Positions 18,589-29,619 of a stretch of DNA of 64,000 bases are shown here, in pieces; positions within the stretch are counted from its first letter, which is position 1; every line of letters begins with the position of its first letter. The stretch comes from Candidatus Cloacimonadales bacterium (GTDB lineage Bacteria > Cloacimonadota > Cloacimonadia > Cloacimonadales > JAFGVF01): positions 2,176,001 to 2,240,000 of the forward strand of contig OY782781.1 of assembly GCA_963678315.1 (NCBI GenBank), written 5' to 3'. The translations under genes and the position numbers were made by a program. The notes below the pieces were generated by a model, which saw nothing but the letters and a program-made list of their open reading frames with translations, was not told where the DNA came from and searched no databases.

Positions 18589-19620
18589 ATGGTTAAAGTT
18601 TTGGTTTATAGTTTTAAAATAATTTTTGTACTCTGCTTTAGTTTATTCACTTATACAACTTTACATAGTGAATCACAACTCTTATTATTACCAGAGTTAG
18701 ATTATTTTCAGTTAGAACAAGATATCTTTGTATCCTTGAATATAGATAACATTGATGACTTATATGGCATATCATGTGATATTGTCTTTGATCCAACATC
18801 AGCTTCTTTTGATCAAATTGATGAAGGAAACTTTCTAAATATTAATGGAAACAGTACAGTAATGCAATATGATACATTTTCTAATAATAGGATTATATTT
18901 GCTTTATCATTAATTGGTCAGGTTCCAGGTGTTTGTTGTGCAGGTAGTTCAACTGTGGCAGTTTTTAAATTCAACCCTCTTTTGTATTCTATTTCTTGTA
19001 TCAGCTTAGAAAATATAATTTTATTAGACTCCAATTTAGAAGAAATAGAATGTATTAGTTCCAATTGTTTAATAAATATTGGGGGGATACCTTCAATTAT
19101 AGATATCCCAAATATAGAGATACCTCTTTATGAGCAGCATACCATTTATCTAACTGAGTTCGTTTTTGACCCAAACACGTCATTCGAGGAATTATCAATT
19201 ACAACCAGCTTTCCACAGCAATTAAATGTATTCACTAATGAAACAGATTTAACCATTCAGAGTTTAAATGAAACAGGTAATTTTAATATAACTCTGACAG
19301 TCAGTGATAATAATTTCTTAGTAGAAAAAAATATATGCGTATTAGTAAATCCAATTACGGCTATTTTTGATGAAGATGACGTATATACTTTTGATAGCAT
19401 AGATATTTTCCCAAATCCAACAAGGGACAATATAGAAATAAATTCAAATAATAAAAGTAAACTTACATACAACATTTATAATATAAAAGGACAAAAATTA
19501 ATATTTGATAAAGTTGGCAATTCGAGAAGCATTTCATTATCTAAATATCCAACAGGTATATATTTTATCAAATTCAATAATGAAAAAAGTACTATAAAAA
19601 AAATAATTAAGTTACATTAG
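18589..19620 (+). CDS. Secreted cohesin-domain protein with T9SS type A-like C-terminal domain
   Basis: VSLNIDNIDDLYGISCDIVFDP…TVAVFKF cohesin pattern; C-terminal IFPNPTRD…IYNIKGQ…GIYFIK…KKIIKL. Confidence 0.7.
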   Translation: MVKVLVYSFKIIFVLCFSLFTYTTLHSESQLLLLPELDYFQLEQDIFVSLNIDNIDDLYGISCDIVFDPTSASFDQIDEGNFLNINGNSTVMQYDTFSNNRIIFALSLIGQVPGVCCAGSSTVAVFKFNPLLYSISCISLENIILLDSNLEEIECISSNCLINIGGIPSIIDIPNIEIPLYEQHTIYLTEFVFDPNTSFEELSITTSFPQQLNVFTNETDLTIQSLNETGNFNITLTVSDNNFLVEKNICVLVNPITAIFDEDDVYTFDSIDIFPNPTRDNIEINSNNKSKLTYNIYNIKGQKLIFDKVGNSRSISLSKYPTGIYFIKFNNEKSTIKKIIKLH

Positions 19621-19628
19621 GAGTATTT

Positions 19629-22600
19629 ATGAAAAAGGTTATTTTCTCACTTTTCTTAGTTTCAATTTTCAGTTTTATGTTTGGTTATACTGAAGTAAGT
19701 GGTAATATCTCAGAAGATACAACATGGAATGATGCTGTATATTCTGTTACTAATAATATTCATGTTCAAAATAATGCAACACTTACCATTGCTGCAGGAA
19801 CAATTATTAAATTCCATTACAGGAAAAATATCCAGGTCAGTGGAAATCTAGTTCTACAAAGTACTTCAACTTCAAAAATTATATTCACATCAATAAAGGA
19901 TGATACTTATGGTGGTGATACAAACAATGACGGTTCATCATCTACACCTAATGATGCTGATTGGGGATACTTTAAATTTACAACAGCAGATGAAATTAAT
20001 TTTCACGATGTAATTGTTAAATATGGAGGATATAACAGTTATTGTTTTTACGTTCAAGATTCAGTAGTGGAATTTAATTCATGTCATATAGAGGACTGTC
20101 ACCAAGTAGGCATACTTGCAAACTGCAACATAACAGTAAACAACACAACAATAAAAGGATGTAGTATTGGAATAAAAACGGATCAATCTAATAATGAATT
20201 CAAATATCCAATCATTAGTAACTGTACTTTTGAAGAAAACACCTATCCTGTTGTTCAATATAATGGTTCTTTCCCTGTTTACTACAATAATACATTTACT
20301 AACAATAGTTATCAAGGCATTGGGGTTCAAGGCACAATATCCAATTCAGAACTAACTGCTGAATGTACATGGTCTATGGAACATGGACTGCCATATATTT
20401 TATCAGACCATCTAACTATAAATGATAATATAACACTATCAATACCTGCTGGGTTTATTTTGAAAGCTACTATAAATTCTTCTGGCTATGGATATTATAG
20501 AAGATGCATTAATGTTAATGGTAATTTATTGGTAAATGGAACAGAAAACAATCCTGTATATTTCACGTCACTTAATGATGATAGCATTGGAGGTGACACT
20601 AATAGCGATTCTGATAATTCGATTCCCAATAAGGGGGACTGGGGATATATCAAATTTAATTCTTCAGCACAATCTAGTTTAGAACATTGTTATTTTAGGT
20701 TTGGAGGAAGAAAAAGACGATATAATAATTATTCAAGTAGTTATGACCAAAATTACTTATTATGGATCGATAATGCTAATATTGAGCTTAATAATGTAGT
20801 AGTTCAATCTGCTTATGATATAGGCATATCGACTAATAGTAATACTCAGTTAAACAACACTACTCTTAAACACTGTAATAAAGCAATTACAACCAACCAA
20901 CTTAATAATGAGTTTAAATATCCTATAATTAGCAACTGCTCCTTTGAAGAAAACACCTATCCTATAATTCAATACAACGGTTCTTTTCCTATCTATTCAA
21001 ATAATACTTTCACAAATAATAGTTATCAAGGCATCGGTGTTCAAGGTACAATATCCAATTCAGAGCTAACTGCTGAGTGTACATGGTCGTTGGAACATGG
21101 GTTACCGTATATTTTAACAGGAAATTTAACTATAAATGATAATATTAACATGATGTTTTCTCCTGGGTTAGTTTTAAAAGGTCAGAATCAGTATAATATA
21201 ACAGTTAATGGAAATTTAACAGCTAATGGACTAGAAAATAACCCAATCTATGTGACATCAATAAAAAATGATCTTGTAAATGGTGATACTAACAGTGATT
21301 TAGACAACTCCACTCCAGCTAAAGGAGATTGGGGTTATATCAAATTTTCTTCAACTTCTCAATCTAGCATAGCAAATTGTTTCTTAAGTTATGGAGGATA
21401 TAATAGTTATAACTTGTATGTTGATAATGCAGATTTATCTATTGATAACATTTCAATTGAAAATGCACAAAATATTGGTCTCTTGACAAACTGTAGTATT
21501 ACGATATCTAATAGTAATTTTAAAAACTGTACTATTGGAATAAAAACGGATCAATCTAATAATGAATTCAAATATCCAATCATTAGTAACTGTACTTTTG
21601 AAGAAAACACCTATCCTGTTGTTCAATATAATGGTTCTTTCCCTGTTTACTACAATAATACATTTACTAACAATAGTTATCAAGGCATTGGGGTTCAAGG
21701 CACAATATCCAATTCAGAACTAACTGCTGAATGTACATGGTCTATGGAACATGGACTGCCATATATTTTATCAGACCATCTAACTATAAATGATAATATA
21801 ACACTATCAATACCTGCTGGGTTTATTTTGAAAGCTACTATAAATTCTTCTGGCTATGGATATTATAGAAGATGCATTAATGTTAATGGTAATTTATTGG
21901 TAAATGGAACAGAAAACAATCCTGTATATTTCACGTCACTTAATGATGATAGCATTGGAGGTGACACTAATAGCGATTCTGATAATTCGATTCCCAATAA
22001 GGGGGACTGGGGATATATCAAATTTAATTCTTCAGCACAATCTAGTTTAGAACATTGTTATTTTAGGTTTGGAGGAAGAAAAAGACGATATAATAATTAT
22101 TCAAGTAGTTATGACCAAAATTACTTATTATGGATCGATAATGCTAATATTGAGCTTAATAATGTAGTAGTTCAATCTGCTTATGATATAGGCATATCGA
22201 CTAATAGTAATACTCAGTTAAACAACACTACTCTTAAACACTGTAATAAAGCAATTACAACCAACCAACTTAATAATGAGTTTAAATATCCTATAATTAG
22301 CAACTGCTCCTTTGAAGAAAACACCTATCCTATAATTCAATACAACGGTTCTTTTCCTATCTATTCAAATAATACTTTCACAAATAATAGTTATCAAGGC
22401 ATCGGTGTTCAAGGTACAATATCCAATTCAGAGCTAACTGCTGAGTGTACATGGTCGTTGGAACATGGGTTACCGTATATTTTAACAGGAAATTTAACTA
22501 TAAATGATAATATTAACATGATGTTTTCTCCTGGGTTAGTTTTAAAAGGTCAGAATCAGTATAATATAACAGTTAATGGAAATTTAACAGCTAATGGACT

Positions 22601-25600
22601 AGAAAATAACCCAATCTATGTGACATCAATAAAAAATGATCTTGTAAATGGTGATACTAACAGTGATTTAGACAACTCCACTCCAGCTAAAGGAGATTGG
22701 GGTTATATCAAATTTTCTTCAACTTCTCAATCTAGCATAGCAAATTGTTTCTTAAGTTATGGAGGATATAATAGTTATAACTTGTATGTTGATAATGCAG
22801 ATTTATCTATTGATAACATTTCAATTGAAAATGCACAAAATATTGGTCTCTTGACAAACTGTAGTATTACGATATCTAATAGTAATTTTAAAAACTGTAC
22901 TATTGGAATAAAAACGGATCAATCTAATAATGAATTCAAATATCCAATCATTAGTAACTGTACTTTTGAAGAAAACACCTATCCTGTTGTTCAATATAAT
23001 GGTTCTTTCCCTGTTTACTACAATAATACATTTACTAACAATAGTTATCAAGGCATTGGGGTTCAAGGCACAATATCCAATTCAGAACTAACTGCTGAAT
23101 GTACATGGTCTATGGAACATGGACTGCCATATATTTTATCAGACCATCTAACTATAAATGATAATATAACACTATCAATACCTGCTGGGTTTATTTTGAA
23201 AGCTACTATAAATTCTTCTGGCTATGGATATTATAGAAGATGCATTAATGTTAATGGTAATTTATTGGTAAATGGAACAGAAAACAATCCTGTATATTTC
23301 ACGTCACTTAATGATGATAGCATTGGAGGTGACACTAATAGCGATTCTGATAATTCGATTCCCAATAAGGGGGACTGGGGATATATCAAATTTAATTCTT
23401 CAGCACAATCTAGTTTAGAACATTGTTATTTTAGGTTTGGAGGAAGAAAAAGACGATATAATAATTATTCAAGTAGTTATGACCAAAATTACTTATTATG
23501 GATCGATAATGCTAATATTGAGCTTAATAATGTAGTAGTTCAATCTGCTTATGATATAGGCATATCGACTAATAGTAATACTCAGTTAAACAACACTACT
23601 CTTAAACACTGTAATAAAGCAATTACAACCAACCAACTTAATAATGAGTTTAAATATCCTATAATTAGCAACTGCTCCTTTGAAGAAAACACCTATCCTA
23701 TAATTCAATACAACGGTTCTTTTCCTATCTATTCAAATAATACTTTCACAAATAATAGTTATCAAGGCATCGGTGTTCAAGGTACAATATCCAATTCAGA
23801 GCTAACTGCTGAGTGTACATGGTCGTTGGAACATGGGTTACCGTATATTTTAACAGGAAATTTAACTATAAATGATAATATTAACATGATGTTTTCTCCT
23901 GGGTTAGTTTTAAAAGGTCAGAATCAGTATAATATAACAGTTAATGGAAATTTAACAGCTAATGGACTAGAAAATAACCCAATCTATGTGACATCAATAA
24001 AAAATGATCTTGTAAATGGTGATACTAACAGTGATTTAGACAACTCCACTCCAGCTAAAGGAGATTGGGGTTATATCAAATTTTCTTCAACTTCTCAATC
24101 TAGCATAGCAAATTGTTTCTTAAGTTATGGAGGATATAATAGTTATAACTTGTATGTTGATAATGCAGATTTATCTATTGATAACATTTCAATTGAAAAT
24201 GCACAAAATATTGGTCTCTTGACAAACTGTAGTATTACGATATCTAATAGTAATTTTAAAAACTGTACTATTGGAATAAAAACGGATCAATCTAATAATG
24301 AATTCAAATATCCAATCATTAGTAACTGTACTTTTGAAGAAAACACCTATCCTGTTGTTCAATATAATGGTTCTTTCCCTGTTTACTACAATAATACATT
24401 TACTAACAATAGTTATCAAGGCATTGGGGTTCAAGGCACAATATCCAATTCAGAACTAACTGCTGAATGTACATGGTCTATGGAACATGGACTGCCATAT
24501 ATTTTATCAGACCATCTAACTATAAATGATAATATAACACTATCAATACCTGCTGGGTTTATTTTGAAAGCTACTATAAATTCTTCTGGCTATGGATATT
24601 ATAGAAGATGCATTAATGTTAATGGTAATTTATTGGTAAATGGAACAGAAAACAATCCTGTATATTTCACGTCACTTAATGATGATAGCATTGGAGGTGA
24701 CACTAATAGCGATTCTGATAATTCGATTCCCAATAAGGGGGACTGGGGATATATCAAATTTAATTCTTCAGCACAATCTAGTTTAGAACATTGTTATTTT
24801 AGGTTTGGAGGAAGAAAAAGACGATATAATAATTATTCAAGTAGTTATGACCAAAATTACTTATTATGGATCGATAATGCTAATATTGAGCTTAATAATG
24901 TAGTAGTTCAATCTGCTTATGATACAGGAATCTATATTTATGGAGATGAAATATGCAATATTACAAATTCAACATTTCAAGAATGTAATACAGGAGTATA
25001 TATAAATGACTGTTCTGCATTAATAACTGATTGTTTGTTTACTTTCTGTAACACTGGTATATACTTTAATAAAGACACAATGTCTATAGTCTCAAATAGT
25101 AACTTTTCATTCTGTTCTGATCAAGCAATATACTTAAATGGAAATGGAGAAAATCCAACTCCATTAGTTACTGACTGTAATTTTATAAATAATCAAAACT
25201 TTAATGTAAAACTGAACTCTTATCAGGATCCTACTAGAACTCTGAATTTTGAAGATAACTGGTGGGGCACCAACAATGCAAGCTTAATTGAAGAGAAAAT
25301 CTATGATTTTAGTGATAATGAAAGTTGTGCAAGTGTTGATTACTCTCCTTATTTAACCCAAATTAACCAGGATATCTCTAATATTGCAGATTTCAATGGC
25401 AGTGGAAGAGTTGACGGGTTTGATTTAGCAATTCTTGGAAATACATTTGGAACTTCTTCTTCAGACGAAAATTATAATCTTGCAGTAGATTTAAATACAA
25501 GTGGAAGAATTGATGGATTTGATTTAGCCATCTTTGCAACTCACTTTGGTGAAATAGGACCTAATGATAGAGCATTGGATGATATTGAGAATAGTAACAC

Positions 25601-26312
25601 TAATTTAGTATCAAAATTGGAATTATCACATGATTATTCAAACTTAGAGATAGGAGATATCATTGAAATTCCGATCACTCTTAGAAATGATTATTCATGC
25701 TTAGGTATAGCATTTGATTTAGACTTTAATCCTGATATCTTTGAAGTAATTGATTTCTATTTTATGGATACAATGATATCTAACCAAAATATTAACTTCT
25801 ATAGTATAAATAATCAAGTTGGTAAAGTAATTATTGGTACCTCTACAAAATATCTTAATATTGATTACCTAAGAGGTTTAACCAATATAGCAACAGTTTC
25901 GTTTAAAGTTATTAGTCAATTTAGTAATGAAACAATTTTAGTTGATAATCAAAACTTGATAGAATATGGTGGGGCAACTTTTATAGAATTAGATGCGAAT
26001 GAGGTTGATCTTACTTCAGATGTTAATGAAGTTAGTTTTGTTGAAAGTCTTTCAAATTATCCGAATCCTTTTAACCCTACTACAACGATTTCATTTACAC
26101 TACCGAAATCAGAGGAAGTAGAAATCACTATATATAACATTAAAGGTCAGAGAGTAAAGGAACTTATAAAGGGACAGTTGAAAGCTGGTATAAATAACGT
26201 TATATGGGATGGGAAAAATGAAAACGGTCTGATGTCATCAAGTGGAGTATATTTATATAGAATAAAAACAGATAGTAATAATATTGTTAGAAAAATGTCA
26301 TTAATGAAATAG
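19629..26312 (+). CDS. Giant secreted beta-helix repeat protein with dockerin-like, cohesin-like and FlgD-Ig domains
   Basis: Signal peptide; FTSxxDDxxGGDTNxD…GDWGYIKF repeats; paired ADFNGSGRVDGFDLAIL / VDLNTSGRIDGFDLAIF; FDLDFNPDIFEV cohesin-like region; NYPNPFNP C-terminus. Confidence 0.8.
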   Translation: MKKVIFSLFLVSIFSFMFGYTEVSGNISEDTTWNDAVYSVTNNIHVQNNATLTIAAGTIIKFHYRKNIQVSGNLVLQSTSTSKIIFTSIKDDTYGGDTNNDGSSSTPNDADWGYFKFTTADEINFHDVIVKYGGYNSYCFYVQDSVVEFNSCHIEDCHQVGILANCNITVNNTTIKGCSIGIKTDQSNNEFKYPIISNCTFEENTYPVVQYNGSFPVYYNNTFTNNSYQGIGVQGTISNSELTAECTWSMEHGLPYILSDHLTINDNITLSIPAGFILKATINSSGYGYYRRCINVNGNLLVNGTENNPVYFTSLNDDSIGGDTNSDSDNSIPNKGDWGYIKFNSSAQSSLEHCYFRFGGRKRRYNNYSSSYDQNYLLWIDNANIELNNVVVQSAYDIGISTNSNTQLNNTTLKHCNKAITTNQLNNEFKYPIISNCSFEENTYPIIQYNGSFPIYSNNTFTNNSYQGIGVQGTISNSELTAECTWSLEHGLPYILTGNLTINDNINMMFSPGLVLKGQNQYNITVNGNLTANGLENNPIYVTSIKNDLVNGDTNSDLDNSTPAKGDWGYIKFSSTSQSSIANCFLSYGGYNSYNLYVDNADLSIDNISIENAQNIGLLTNCSITISNSNFKNCTIGIKTDQSNNEFKYPIISNCTFEENTYPVVQYNGSFPVYYNNTFTNNSYQGIGVQGTISNSELTAECTWSMEHGLPYILSDHLTINDNITLSIPAGFILKATINSSGYGYYRRCINVNGNLLVNGTENNPVYFTSLNDDSIGGDTNSDSDNSIPNKGDWGYIKFNSSAQSSLEHCYFRFGGRKRRYNNYSSSYDQNYLLWIDNANIELNNVVVQSAYDIGISTNSNTQLNNTTLKHCNKAITTNQLNNEFKYPIISNCSFEENTYPIIQYNGSFPIYSNNTFTNNSYQGIGVQGTISNSELTAECTWSLEHGLPYILTGNLTINDNINMMFSPGLVLKGQNQYNITVNGNLTANGLENNPIYVTSIKNDLVNGDTNSDLDNSTPAKGDWGYIKFSSTSQSSIANCFLSYGGYNSYNLYVDNADLSIDNISIENAQNIGLLTNCSITISNSNFKNCTIGIKTDQSNNEFKYPIISNCTFEENTYPVVQYNGSFPVYYNNTFTNNSYQGIGVQGTISNSELTAECTWSMEHGLPYILSDHLTINDNITLSIPAGFILKATINSSGYGYYRRCINVNGNLLVNGTENNPVYFTSLNDDSIGGDTNSDSDNSIPNKGDWGYIKFNSSAQSSLEHCYFRFGGRKRRYNNYSSSYDQNYLLWIDNANIELNNVVVQSAYDIGISTNSNTQLNNTTLKHCNKAITTNQLNNEFKYPIISNCSFEENTYPIIQYNGSFPIYSNNTFTNNSYQGIGVQGTISNSELTAECTWSLEHGLPYILTGNLTINDNINMMFSPGLVLKGQNQYNITVNGNLTANGLENNPIYVTSIKNDLVNGDTNSDLDNSTPAKGDWGYIKFSSTSQSSIANCFLSYGGYNSYNLYVDNADLSIDNISIENAQNIGLLTNCSITISNSNFKNCTIGIKTDQSNNEFKYPIISNCTFEENTYPVVQYNGSFPVYYNNTFTNNSYQGIGVQGTISNSELTAECTWSMEHGLPYILSDHLTINDNITLSIPAGFILKATINSSGYGYYRRCINVNGNLLVNGTENNPVYFTSLNDDSIGGDTNSDSDNSIPNKGDWGYIKFNSSAQSSLEHCYFRFGGRKRRYNNYSSSYDQNYLLWIDNANIELNNVVVQSAYDTGIYIYGDEICNITNSTFQECNTGVYINDCSALITDCLFTFCNTGIYFNKDTMSIVSNSNFSFCSDQAIYLNGNGENPTPLVTDCNFINNQNFNVKLNSYQDPTRTLNFEDNWWGTNNASLIEEKIYDFSDNESCASVDYSPYLTQINQDISNIADFNGSGRVDGFDLAILGNTFGTSSSDENYNLAVDLNTSGRIDGFDLAIFATHFGEIGPNDRALDDIENSNTNLVSKLELSHDYSNLEIGDIIEIPITLRNDYSCLGIAFDLDFNPDIFEVIDFYFMDTMISNQNINFYSINNQVGKVIIGTSTKYLNIDYLRGLTNIATVSFKVISQFSNETILVDNQNLIEYGGATFIELDANEVDLTSDVNEVSFVESLSNYPNPFNPTTTISFTLPKSEEVEITIYNIKGQRVKELIKGQLKAGINNVIWDGKNENGLMSSSGVYLYRIKTDSNNIVRKMSLMK
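20165..24924 (+). repeat. Intragenic tandem repeat, 1368-bp unit x ~3.5
   Basis: TATTGGAATAAAAACGGATCAATC recurs at 20165, 21533, 22901 and 24269; units look identical in spot checks. Confidence 0.95.
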
Positions 26313-26322
26313 GAGTAGAACA

Positions 26323-29067
26323 ATGAAGAAATTCTTAATAATATTAATTGTTTTATTACATCTCTCTATTATTAACGCGGAGGATGTCATTTTTGAAACA
26401 GACTTTTCTGATAGTGAAGGTTATTCCGTCGACTATAGATATGGGAACTATAATTATAGTTGGGGAAGAGTATTATCTGGCGGTATTGTAAATAATAGAG
26501 AAAACTATCCTCCAGATATTAACTACGAAGATGGAAATGATATTTTATATTCAGCAAGTCAAAAATATAATAATGATATCAATCCAATTCTTGAATATGA
26601 TGATGTTTCTAGGAACATCATTAGATTAGGTGAAAAAGAATATTTAGGAGGAAGTACTTATAAACATTCAATTCCCTTACTTGGGTATGAAGAGTATAAA
26701 TTAAGGTTTGATTATTGTATTCCTTCAATTGGTTATAGAGATAGATTGATAGTAGCTATTGATACAACAGCTAGTGAATTTAGCTTAAATTTCAATGACA
26801 ATTCTCAAATTTCGGAAAGTGATTTTTTAGAAAGCCTGATTATTCTAGATGAATATGAGGATGCTACTAATGGATTTTTCAGTGGTTTTAGATGGGAGTC
26901 AATAGACATTGACTTAACTGAATACAAAGGTTCAACTATATCTCTAATTTTCTATTTCAAAGCCGAGTTTAGAGTTAATGACTTATTTTTCGGAAGTCAA
27001 ATAGGTCCATTTATTGATAATGTATCTGTAACTGGTAATGGTAAATTGCTTGAATCCAATAAGCATGAAATTTCATTTGGTAATTTTTACAATGGAGAGA
27101 TATCAGAAGAAGAGCATTTTTGGTTAAGAAATAACACTTCTGATTATGGAACAATTACTGAAGTTCAAATACCTGATGGTTTTGAAGTTAAATTTAGTTT
27201 TTTGAATGAATGGAATGAACAACTAATAAACTCTTTCATTAATCATAATTCTGTTGAATACACTTTCGATGTACGATTCAATTCTAATTTTATAGGTAAT
27301 GAAAGTGGCATTATAGAAGGTGATTTAATTATACAAACAGATTTAGAAAACTCATTGCCTGTTATAATTCACTTATCAGCTCAATGTGGAGAGCCTCCAA
27401 CTGGTTTACTTTCAATAATAGGACCAATCGAAAATCCAGATTTGAATCATGAATTTGAAGTTGACATCATTGTCAATACTGGGAATATTTCAAACCTATT
27501 TGGAGTAGCTTGTGACCTCATATATAATCCATTAGACATAATTCCAGTAAGTATTTCACATGGTGATGGTTTAACCGAGAACGGTCAGAACCAGGTATCA
27601 TTCCAAGACTACATTGACTATGATGAAAACACAATAATAATTGGAAGTACTTGTTTGCAAGGTAGCTATGTTTTACCACCACAAAACAGTAATGAACATA
27701 TTGCAACCATACGATTTAGGACACTCAGTTATGGACAGACAAATTTAGTTTTAAATAATACAGGTCTGATAAATCAATTTGGTGAAAGTTCATTAGGTTG
27801 CGATACCGAAGATCTTGCAATAAATGTTACACCCTCTGAATTGATTGCAAGCCTATCATTTAATAATAATCAAATAAATACTTCTATAAACAATGACTTT
27901 GAAGTAGATTTAATGATTGATAATGTAGAGAATTTATTTGCGTTTGCTTGCGATGTAGAATATGATTCTGATAAAATTTCAATAAATGAAATAATCTATA
28001 ATGATGCTTTAGGGGAAACATCACAATTTTTAATGAGTAATAATAATGATGGTTTAGTCACTATTGGAATAACAAGGTTAAACAATAGTTCTCAAGGTGT
28101 AGATATTAACGATATATCTTCAATATTTACTATTAATGCAACTGCCAATTCACCAGGTGATTGTGACTTACTTGTAACAAATATTGGATTATTAGCTCCA
28201 GATGCTGTAACTTCTTATAATTATGCAAATAATGCTACATGCAATGTATCAATATCAAATTTTGAGCTTATTCTAAATATTCCTGAAACATTTAGTGTAG
28301 ATGAGGATGAATCATTGAATATAAATATGCAACCATATTTCTCATATAATGCAGAGTATAATGAGTTTTTTATTTTTGAATTTGAAGGAAATGATAATAT
28401 AGAGATAGATTATATTGATTGGATTGTGACAATAGAACCTTATGAGAATTGGAATGGTACACAAAGTGTAGAAATGATAATCAAAGAAAACAACAATTCG
28501 GTTATAACCAGTACTAATTTTGAGATTGAAGTTAATTCTATAAACGATTCACCACAAATCGCTTTAGATTTACCAGATATTTCAGTTAATCAAGGTCAAT
28601 TGGAGTTTGATATAAATCTTGATGAGATTTTTATTGATATCGATCATAATGATGAGTTATACTATTCCGTTGAAGGTTACACAAACATATTTGCATTTGT
28701 AAATCAAAGCATGCTATTTTTAAGATGTTCTCCATATTGGTCTGGAACCGAAACGATTACAATTAATGCGAGTGATGGTATAGAGACAGTTTCTTCTTCA
28801 TTCATCGTAACAGTTGAGCCAATTGTTATTAGTCTAGAAGTTCCAGAGGTATCCATATTTGTGGAAAATAATCTAATACATATAGAATGGCAAGCAGTTA
28901 ATGGGGCAAGTTCTTATAAAGTTTTTTCCACAACTAATCCTATGGGTTTAGATTTTAATGATGTTACAAGTGAAGGGACATTTCAATTATACAGTAACAC
29001 CATTAGATGGCAATGTCAAGAAAACACTAACTATAAATTCTATAAAGTTAAAGCATCTACAGATTAA
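26323..29067 (+). CDS. Secreted protein with two cohesin-like domains, cadherin/Ig-like repeats and a C-terminal beta-sandwich
   Basis: FEVDIIVN…NLFGVACDLIYNP and FEVDLMIDNVENLFAFACDVEYDS cohesin patterns; DED…NWNGT…VNSINDSP cadherin-like repeats; IEWQAVNGASSYKVF…KFYKVKA C-terminus. Confidence 0.72.
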   Translation: MKKFLIILIVLLHLSIINAEDVIFETDFSDSEGYSVDYRYGNYNYSWGRVLSGGIVNNRENYPPDINYEDGNDILYSASQKYNNDINPILEYDDVSRNIIRLGEKEYLGGSTYKHSIPLLGYEEYKLRFDYCIPSIGYRDRLIVAIDTTASEFSLNFNDNSQISESDFLESLIILDEYEDATNGFFSGFRWESIDIDLTEYKGSTISLIFYFKAEFRVNDLFFGSQIGPFIDNVSVTGNGKLLESNKHEISFGNFYNGEISEEEHFWLRNNTSDYGTITEVQIPDGFEVKFSFLNEWNEQLINSFINHNSVEYTFDVRFNSNFIGNESGIIEGDLIIQTDLENSLPVIIHLSAQCGEPPTGLLSIIGPIENPDLNHEFEVDIIVNTGNISNLFGVACDLIYNPLDIIPVSISHGDGLTENGQNQVSFQDYIDYDENTIIIGSTCLQGSYVLPPQNSNEHIATIRFRTLSYGQTNLVLNNTGLINQFGESSLGCDTEDLAINVTPSELIASLSFNNNQINTSINNDFEVDLMIDNVENLFAFACDVEYDSDKISINEIIYNDALGETSQFLMSNNNDGLVTIGITRLNNSSQGVDINDISSIFTINATANSPGDCDLLVTNIGLLAPDAVTSYNYANNATCNVSISNFELILNIPETFSVDEDESLNINMQPYFSYNAEYNEFFIFEFEGNDNIEIDYIDWIVTIEPYENWNGTQSVEMIIKENNNSVITSTNFEIEVNSINDSPQIALDLPDISVNQGQLEFDINLDEIFIDIDHNDELYYSVEGYTNIFAFVNQSMLFLRCSPYWSGTETITINASDGIETVSSSFIVTVEPIVISLEVPEVSIFVENNLIHIEWQAVNGASSYKVFSTTNPMGLDFNDVTSEGTFQLYSNTIRWQCQENTNYKFYKVKASTD

Positions 29068-29079
29068 TTAATTATTAAT

Positions 29080-29112
29080 GAGATATATCTCTTTTCTTTG
29101 AGGTATATCTCT
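29080..29112. terminator. Hairpin between convergent genes
   Basis: GAGATATATCTC-TTTTCTTT-GAGGTATATCTC. Confidence 0.5.
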
Positions 29113-29113
29113 C

Positions 29114-29482
29114 TTACCAAGTTCTTACCTTATAAGTAATATCATTATATTCAAATTGTTCTAAATCAATCTTAGCTTTTAAAGCTACTTTTTCAAACAA
29201 CTGACCTAGTTCATCACGTTCACCTGTTTCAATAAAAGTATAGCCTGTCATTTGATCTAATGCATTAAACTCAATAACTGCCTTTTCAATTAGAACTATC
29301 TTAATCTCAGCTTTAGCTCTTAAGCCAGCTTTTGCTAAATCTTCAAGTAAAGTATCCATAATTTGAACAGCACAGTCACAGTTAATTTTACAGTATTGTG
29401 TTAAACCATCTTTATAATAACCTCTCCACACTTCAAATGGGTAGCCTGCTTTTAACTGTTCTAATCTTTCTTTATAAGTCAT
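29114..29482 (-). CDS. Conserved hypothetical protein (122 aa), island right-end marker, copy 2
   Basis: AAGGAG RBS before ATG 29482; paralogue of 13682-14050, including its upstream region. Confidence 0.8.
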   Translation of the reverse strand: MTYKERLEQLKAGYPFEVWRGYYKDGLTQYCKINCDCAVQIMDTLLEDLAKAGLRAKAEIKIVLIEKAVIEFNALDQMTGYTFIETGERDELGQLFEKVALKAKIDLEQFEYNDITYKVRTW

Positions 29483-29619
29483 CGTTAACTCCTTTTTCTT
29501 CATTAATTTATGTCTCTACAATATAACTTTAATGAAAGAAGTCAAGTCAAATAGACATTATTTTACACAGTTAAATAGTTATTATTTAATGAGTTAGTGC
29601 TATATTAAATTAATTACAT

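Noticed and set aside
20079..24434. Four near-identical minus-strand ORFs (MNPNALITIV…)
   Set aside because: Shadow ORFs produced by the 1368-bp repeat within the large + strand gene.
13682..29482. Duplicated genes as a diversity-generating retroelement TR/VR pair
   Set aside because: No reverse transcriptase in the window, and the differences are spread over whole genes rather than confined to adenines in a short region.
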